Assembly (NCBI GenBank): GCA_046350855.1
Contig: JAXLZM010000001.1
Location: 89,420-153,419, forward strand
Reading direction: 5' to 3'
Length of the DNA stretch: 64,000 nucleotides
DNA from: Candidatus Anderseniibacteriota bacterium
GTDB taxonomy: Bacteria; Patescibacteriota; JAUYIX01
A program made the translations under genes and the position numbers. Shown here piece by piece: positions 59,489-64,000 of this stretch (its first letter is position 1; the number at the start of each line of letters is the position of its first letter). The notes beneath the pieces are model-generated. The model searched no databases. It was not told the DNA's origin and saw only the letters and a list, made by a program, of their open reading frames with translations.

Positions 59489-59618
59489 CGCATGCCTCCT
59501 TAAGAGCATCTGTGGCGGTGCAGTTGCACCGCTGATTCAAGTTTAAAAAGTGCGTGCCCGCACCAACCGGCACGGACAGGGGTTGTACCGTTTTTTTAGG
59601 CCGGTGTCAAAGCTCGGT

Positions 59619-60857
59619 TTACGGCAAGAGGGATTTAAACCACCCTTTGAGCTTACCCACGGTGTTGCCGACCGCACCAAAGCGCTGTGCGGGAGCACGC
59701 CCACGTGCGTGCAGATCTGCCGCCCACAAGACTAAGCCCACCGCCGTGGCATAGGCCGGATCGTCTATTTTATCGACGGCAAAGGGCAACTCCTTAGGGA
59801 ACCCGACTTGCACCGGTAACTTAAGGGTCTTTTTAGCCACATCAATCATGCCGGGCATCTTAGCGGCTGCTCCACTCAAGACGACCCCGGCGGGTAGCTT
59901 GCCGCTACGGCGCAAGCGCTTAAACTCATGATCCACCATTTCAAAAATCTCGGCCAAGCGCGCTTCAATAATTTCGGCAACATGCTTTTTGGCGACGGTC
60001 TCGCTCTCGGATGGATCGATCTTGGACAAATCGATCTCCTCGCCCTGTCCAACCTCGGCCGGGTTGGCAAAGCCATACTCGACCTTGACCTTCTCGGCTA
60101 CATCCACTGAGGTGCGCAGTCCAATCGCGATGTCGTTAGTCACATGTCCACCCCCAATTGGCAGAACCGTCGAGTAGAGCAACTCCCCCTCCTCAAACAC
60201 GGCAATACCGGTCGTGGCACCTCCAATGTCCACCAACGCCACACCCAATTCTTTTTGGCGCTTAGTCAGCGTGGCCTGTGCTGCCGCCAACGGCGCCAAC
60301 ACCAAGTCCTCGATATCTACCCCTGCCCTAAAAATCGCTTTAGTCGTGTTCTTAATTAAATTAGAGGCGGCATAGATAATGAGCGCCTCGACCTCGAGTC
60401 GCACCCCCGTCATCCCCACGGGATCCTTTACGCCCTTTTGGTCGTCGACGTTAAAGGCCCGTGGAATAATATGGAGAATCTCCTGGTTAGGTGGCATCGA
60501 TACCGCTTGCGCGGCTTCGATTGCGCGCGTGACGTCATCCTCGGTAATCTCGCCGTCCGCCTTGGCCACCGCGATGACCCCTTTAGAGGTCTGCGAAGTA
60601 ATCTGATCAGCCGAGACGCTCACAAAAGCGGCCTCGACCGCGGAGCCCACCATCCGTTCGGCTTTTTCTAGGGCACCCGAGATGGAGGAGACCGCCTCTT
60701 CCAGATCCACCACGACCCCTTTACGGATGCCGCCGGCTGGATGTTCACCCAGCCCAACAATAGACGGCAATTGCCGCTCTGGATCCATTTTTCCGATGAC
60801 AACTCGAACACTGGACGAACCAATATCGAGTCCTACGAGGAGATCGTCTTTAGGCAT
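59619..60857 (-). CDS. ftsA: Cell division protein FtsA
   Basis: GLDIGS, GIRKG, DPVGMTGVRL, VDIGG, TNDI, AEKVK, YATAVG. Confidence 0.98.
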   Translation of the reverse strand: MPKDDLLVGLDIGSSSVRVVIGKMDPERQLPSIVGLGEHPAGGIRKGVVVDLEEAVSSISGALEKAERMVGSAVEAAFVSVSADQITSQTSKGVIAVAKADGEITEDDVTRAIEAAQAVSMPPNQEILHIIPRAFNVDDQKGVKDPVGMTGVRLEVEALIIYAASNLIKNTTKAIFRAGVDIEDLVLAPLAAAQATLTKRQKELGVALVDIGGATTGIAVFEEGELLYSTVLPIGGGHVTNDIAIGLRTSVDVAEKVKVEYGFANPAEVGQGEEIDLSKIDPSESETVAKKHVAEIIEARLAEIFEMVDHEFKRLRRSGKLPAGVVLSGAAAKMPGMIDVAKKTLKLPVQVGFPKELPFAVDKIDDPAYATAVGLVLWAADLHARGRAPAQRFGAVGNTVGKLKGWFKSLLP

Positions 60858-60875
60858 AGAGGAAAGTTCTGCTCC

Positions 60876-61250
60876 CTAGAGTATACCAAAAACCGCTAAA
60901 AGACGTGGAATAAAGAGCCAAAAGCCCACTGCGGCGGCGGCCACACTCGCCACGAGCACGGCAGCAGCACTGACGTCCTTGGCGATCTTGATTTGCGGGT
61001 CAAAGTGCGGGGTCTGCACGTCCGAGAGGCGCTCAAAGCCGGTATTGACCAACTCGAGCGACAAAACTAACCCGATCATGAGCATAAGGATGAACCACTC
61101 ATCCAGGCCAATCCCAAGGACCGCCCCGAGTAACACAGCTAGCACCCCGAGTCCGACCTCGATTCTAAAATTAAGCTCGTGCCGCAGAGCATACCCCAGT
61201 CCTTGCAAGGCGGCTTTGAGACTGTTGATATTGTAGCGCGACTTAGCCAT
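60876..61250 (-). CDS. dgkA: Diacylglycerol/undecaprenol kinase family protein
   Basis: ELNFRIE, ELVNT..E, AKDVSAAAV; downstream of ybeY. Confidence 0.88.
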   Translation of the reverse strand: MAKSRYNINSLKAALQGLGYALRHELNFRIEVGLGVLAVLLGAVLGIGLDEWFILMLMIGLVLSLELVNTGFERLSDVQTPHFDPQIKIAKDVSAAAVLVASVAAAAVGFWLFIPRLLAVFGIL

Positions 61251-61773
61251 CTCGCTTACTAGGATACACGAACTCCCGCACGAGCAAGCCCTGGCCCTGG
61301 GCGGCCTTTTTGAGGGTCGGGATCGCAGCAATCACCCGTTCCTCAGCCCGTTGCATAGCTTTGCGCTGACGTTCACCGGCCTCGTGATCAAACTGCAGTA
61401 CGTGCAGCAACCCATGCAAAAACAGCAGGCAGAACTCCGTGCCGAGCGAGGTACCACTCTGCCGAGCGTCCTTGGCGGCTTGCTTGGGCGAGATCAAGAC
61501 CTCGCCTAGCAGCAACGGCTGGCCCACCCCAATGCGGTTGGGCGGTCGCACAAACGAAAACGAGAGCACGTTGGTCGTGCCGTGTTTGCCGCGATACATC
61601 TGGTTAAGTTGCCGCATGGCGCTGTCACTCACAAAAACGAGACTGGTCTCGGTCGGGCGATGCGCAAATTTTTTACCAACCTGGGCGAGCGTTATCTTCA
61701 AGATACGTTCAAGCAGCGCCGTAGGCGCCTTAGTGCCAACCCGATCGTTGATTTTGAGTTGATGCGCGGCCAC
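61243..61773 (-). CDS. ybeY: rRNA maturation endonuclease YbeY
   Basis: LNQMYRGK, TNVLSF, HGLLHVLQFDH. Confidence 0.95.
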   Translation of the reverse strand: MAAHQLKINDRVGTKAPTALLERILKITLAQVGKKFAHRPTETSLVFVSDSAMRQLNQMYRGKHGTTNVLSFSFVRPPNRIGVGQPLLLGEVLISPKQAAKDARQSGTSLGTEFCLLFLHGLLHVLQFDHEAGERQRKAMQRAEERVIAAIPTLKKAAQGQGLLVREFVYPSKRDG

Positions 61774-61779
61774 TTGGAA

Positions 61780-62226
61780 CTAACCCAGCAGCTTTTTGAC
61801 CAGCTGGTTGACCGCCTTAAGATCGGCGCGACCTTTGAGTTCTTTGGAGACGATCCCCATCACCTTGCCCATCTCTTTGACACTCGTAGCACCCGTTTTT
61901 TTGATGGCAGCTTTGACGGCAGCCTCGACGTCGGCCTCGCTCATTTGCGCTGGTAAGTATTTTTGCAGCATGGCCGCCTCTGCCTCCTCCTGTTTGGCGC
62001 GGTCTTCTGCGCCGCCTTTTCTAAATTCGGCCGCAGCGTCTTTGCGTGACTTGACCTCTTTACTAAGTACCGTAATTACGTCCGCATCGGTCAGCTCTTT
62101 TTTGCGTTGGGCAATGCGGTAGTTACCGAGGGCTGACTTGACCATGCTAAGCGTTTGGCGCTTAGCGGCCTCACCACCTTTGAGGGCGGCTTTGATATCG
62201 GCGTCGAGTTGCTCGAGAAGTGTCAT
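61780..62226 (-). CDS. GatB/YqeY domain protein
   Basis: KEVKSRKD, YLPAQMS, MGKVMG. Confidence 0.93.
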   Translation of the reverse strand: MTLLEQLDADIKAALKGGEAAKRQTLSMVKSALGNYRIAQRKKELTDADVITVLSKEVKSRKDAAAEFRKGGAEDRAKQEEAEAAMLQKYLPAQMSEADVEAAVKAAIKKTGATSVKEMGKVMGIVSKELKGRADLKAVNQLVKKLLG

Positions 62227-62254
62227 TGGATGAACCGTTTAGCTACAAGTTAGC

Positions 62255-62506
62255 TTACGGTCGGCGGCCGCGACCACGGCGTTCATTACCCATGGGCAGC
62301 TTGCCCAGCTTACGAGCCAGGTCTTTTTCGGCCTTGAGTTCGGCCGAGCGAATAGCGGATTTACGCTGCAAATTGCGACTCTTTTTACGCTCAAAAAAAC
62401 GGCTCTTACGAGCATCGTACAGACGGCCAGACTGCATAACGCGCTTGTTAAAGCGGCGAATCAGGCTCTCGAGCGACTCTCGTTCTTTGCGTTTTACGTC
62501 AACCAT
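62255..62506 (-). CDS. rpsU: 30S ribosomal protein bS21
   Basis: ESLESLIRRF; position between HIT and yqeY; promoter TTGACT-17-TACGAT. Confidence 0.85.
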   Translation of the reverse strand: MVDVKRKERESLESLIRRFNKRVMQSGRLYDARKSRFFERKKSRNLQRKSAIRSAELKAEKDLARKLGKLPMGNERRGRGRRP

Positions 62507-62553
62507 GTGGCGGCTATCGTACGAATTTGGCTCTTTTTAGTCAAGCGGATGCG

Positions 62554-62901
62554 CTAAGCGCGTTTTCCTGAGATCAGATGAAAGTGCACGTGTCCGACTT
62601 CTTGGCCGCCACCCTTGCCGACCCGGACGAACAGTTGCCAGCCAGTCCTGTCGATGGCGAACTTTTTTGCAAGCGTGGAGGCAACCCGGACGATCCGTCC
62701 GTAGACAGGTTCGTCCGCCTGCGTCAGACCATTGAGATCGGAGTAGTGTTTTTTGGGCACGAGCAAAAGGTGGACGGGCGCAATCGGATGTAGGTCCGCA
62801 AAAACTGCGACGAGTTCATCCTCATACGCAAAGCGAGTCTTGTCGTGCAGTTCACCGGTAGCGATCTTGCAAAAGATGCAGCCCGGATCGCGGTCGGACA
62901 T
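62554..62901 (-). CDS. HIT (histidine triad) family protein
   Basis: CIFCKI, HLLLVPK, GQEVGHVHFH. Confidence 0.93.
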   Translation of the reverse strand: MSDRDPGCIFCKIATGELHDKTRFAYEDELVAVFADLHPIAPVHLLLVPKKHYSDLNGLTQADEPVYGRIVRVASTLAKKFAIDRTGWQLFVRVGKGGGQEVGHVHFHLISGKRA

Positions 62902-62904
62902 GGC

Positions 62905-64000
62905 CTATTGCAAACGCTTTTTGACCTCGGCGACGAGGCGCGCCAAGGGCACGATCTCCTGCACCCCGTTAACCATGTCACGCACGATGATGGTCTCATC
63001 CAGCGTCTCTTTTTGGCCGAGAATGAGGGTGAGGGGCACACCCAACTTGGTGGCTTGCTCGATTTGCGTGGTGATAGCGTTTTTACCAAAACCCTCGATC
63101 ACTTTAATGCCGGCGTCGCGTAGCTGATCAAAGACTTTGAGGGCCTTCTTTTTAGCCATGGCTGAGAGTTGGGCCAAATAAACATCTGCCTTGCGAGCTT
63201 GCTGAATCTTAATGGCCTGCTCTTGCATAGCAAGGAGCAGGTGGTCAGCGTAGCCAGTTACTCCCACGGCGGGCATCGGTCGTCCACCCATTTTTTCGAT
63301 GAGGTCATCGTAGCGGCCGCCTTCAAACAAAATGCGGGGACGCTCGCTCTTCTCTGGCAGAACCGAGAACACCGTACGCGTGTAGTAGTCTACGTCGGGT
63401 ACCAGGTGTGGGTTTAGCGCGTAAGGAATCTCTAAGTCATCCAAAAACTCGAGGGTCTCGGTAAAGTGCTTGTGGCAGATCTCGCAGAGATGATCGATAA
63501 TTTGGGGCGCATCTTTGGCAAGGCGCGCACATTTTTCTTCGTTACAGGCCAGGAGTCGCATTGGGTTAGAGGTGCGGCGCTTGCGACATTTTTTACAGAG
63601 GGCGTTGTGGCGTGACTCGTAGAATTCTTTGAGTTGCTGCGTGTAAGTGGGGCGGCAGTCCAGACAGCCTACCGTGTTGACCTGGATCACAATGTTGGCT
63701 AAGCCGAGGTGCTTAATGATTTTGTGTACCATTTGTATAATCTGCGCATCCAGCACTGGATTTTTTTCGCCGACGAGTTCAAACCCAAACGTGGTCAGTT
63801 CCCGCAGGGAACCCTGTGCTAGGGGCACCACTCTAAAGACCGGCCCGGCCGTCCAGAGTCGTACCGGTTTGTCTTGACCGGAGAACTTATCCTGCGCAAA
63901 AGCTCTAGCCAAACCGGGACGGTGATCCGGTCGCAGAGCGATCGGGTCACCACTCTTGCCAGTCACCCTAAAGAGCTGCTCCTCAATAATATCCGTCTCG
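62905..64000 (-). CDS. Histidyl-tRNA synthetase-like protein, 5' end outside the window, catalytic motifs degenerate
   Basis: TDII, LRP, GPVFR, insertion-domain Cys, DYY, GGRYD, C-terminal anticodon-binding domain. Confidence 0.85.
   Translation of the reverse strand, partial: ETDIIEEQLFRVTGKSGDPIALRPDHRPGLARAFAQDKFSGQDKPVRLWTAGPVFRVVPLAQGSLRELTTFGFELVGEKNPVLDAQIIQMVHKIIKHLGLANIVIQVNTVGCLDCRPTYTQQLKEFYESRHNALCKKCRKRRTSNPMRLLACNEEKCARLAKDAPQIIDHLCEICHKHFTETLEFLDDLEIPYALNPHLVPDVDYYTRTVFSVLPEKSERPRILFEGGRYDDLIEKMGGRPMPAVGVTGYADHLLLAMQEQAIKIQQARKADVYLAQLSAMAKKKALKVFDQLRDAGIKVIEGFGKNAITTQIEQATKLGVPLTLILGQKETLDETIIVRDMVNGVQEIVPLARLVAEVKKRLQ

Noticed and set aside
1-64000. Transposase, integrase, reverse transcriptase, prophage or intein
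   Set aside because: No ORF shows the diagnostic motifs, so retron or DGR explanations for the structured RNAs are unsupported within this window.

Overview
This window looks like chromosomal DNA from a Patescibacteria/CPR-type bacterium. Evidence: rpmD/uL30 is absent from the spc operon, a DUF4012-GT4-murJ cluster is present, ComEC is split, and many ribosomal proteins carry extensions. Most genes lie on the minus strand. Housekeeping content includes ftsEX, prfB (programmed +1 frameshift), lepA, murJ, glycosyltransferases, RNase P RNA, rnhA, recJ, the S10-spc ribosomal cluster with secY/adk/map, tuf, pyrG, rpsL-rpsG-fusA, rpmB, ndk, pyrF, ftsZ, ftsA, dgkA-ybeY-yqeY-rpsU-HIT, and two tRNAs (Gln-CTG, Thr-CGT). 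Five patterns stand out. (1) Three intergenic units (~19962-20322, ~49862-50318, ~51288-51480) look like independently transcribed, heavily base-paired RNAs with no long ORF and no match to RNA classes I can recognise by eye. (2) These RNAs and the single orphan genes between housekeeping genes share a promoter / 5' hairpin / boxA-like leader, with a strong Shine-Dalgarno (SD) sequence in the protein-coding cases. (3) Housekeeping genes largely lack SD sequences; they are either apparently leaderless (-10 box 6-7 nt before ATG) or start in a recurrent GCCATG context. (4) Three probable pseudo-enzymes are present (HisRS-like, GAPDH-like, protein-kinase-like). (5) pyrG has a candidate CTP-sensing start-site-switch leader. 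All family assignments come from motif recognition by eye; no searches or folding programs were run.
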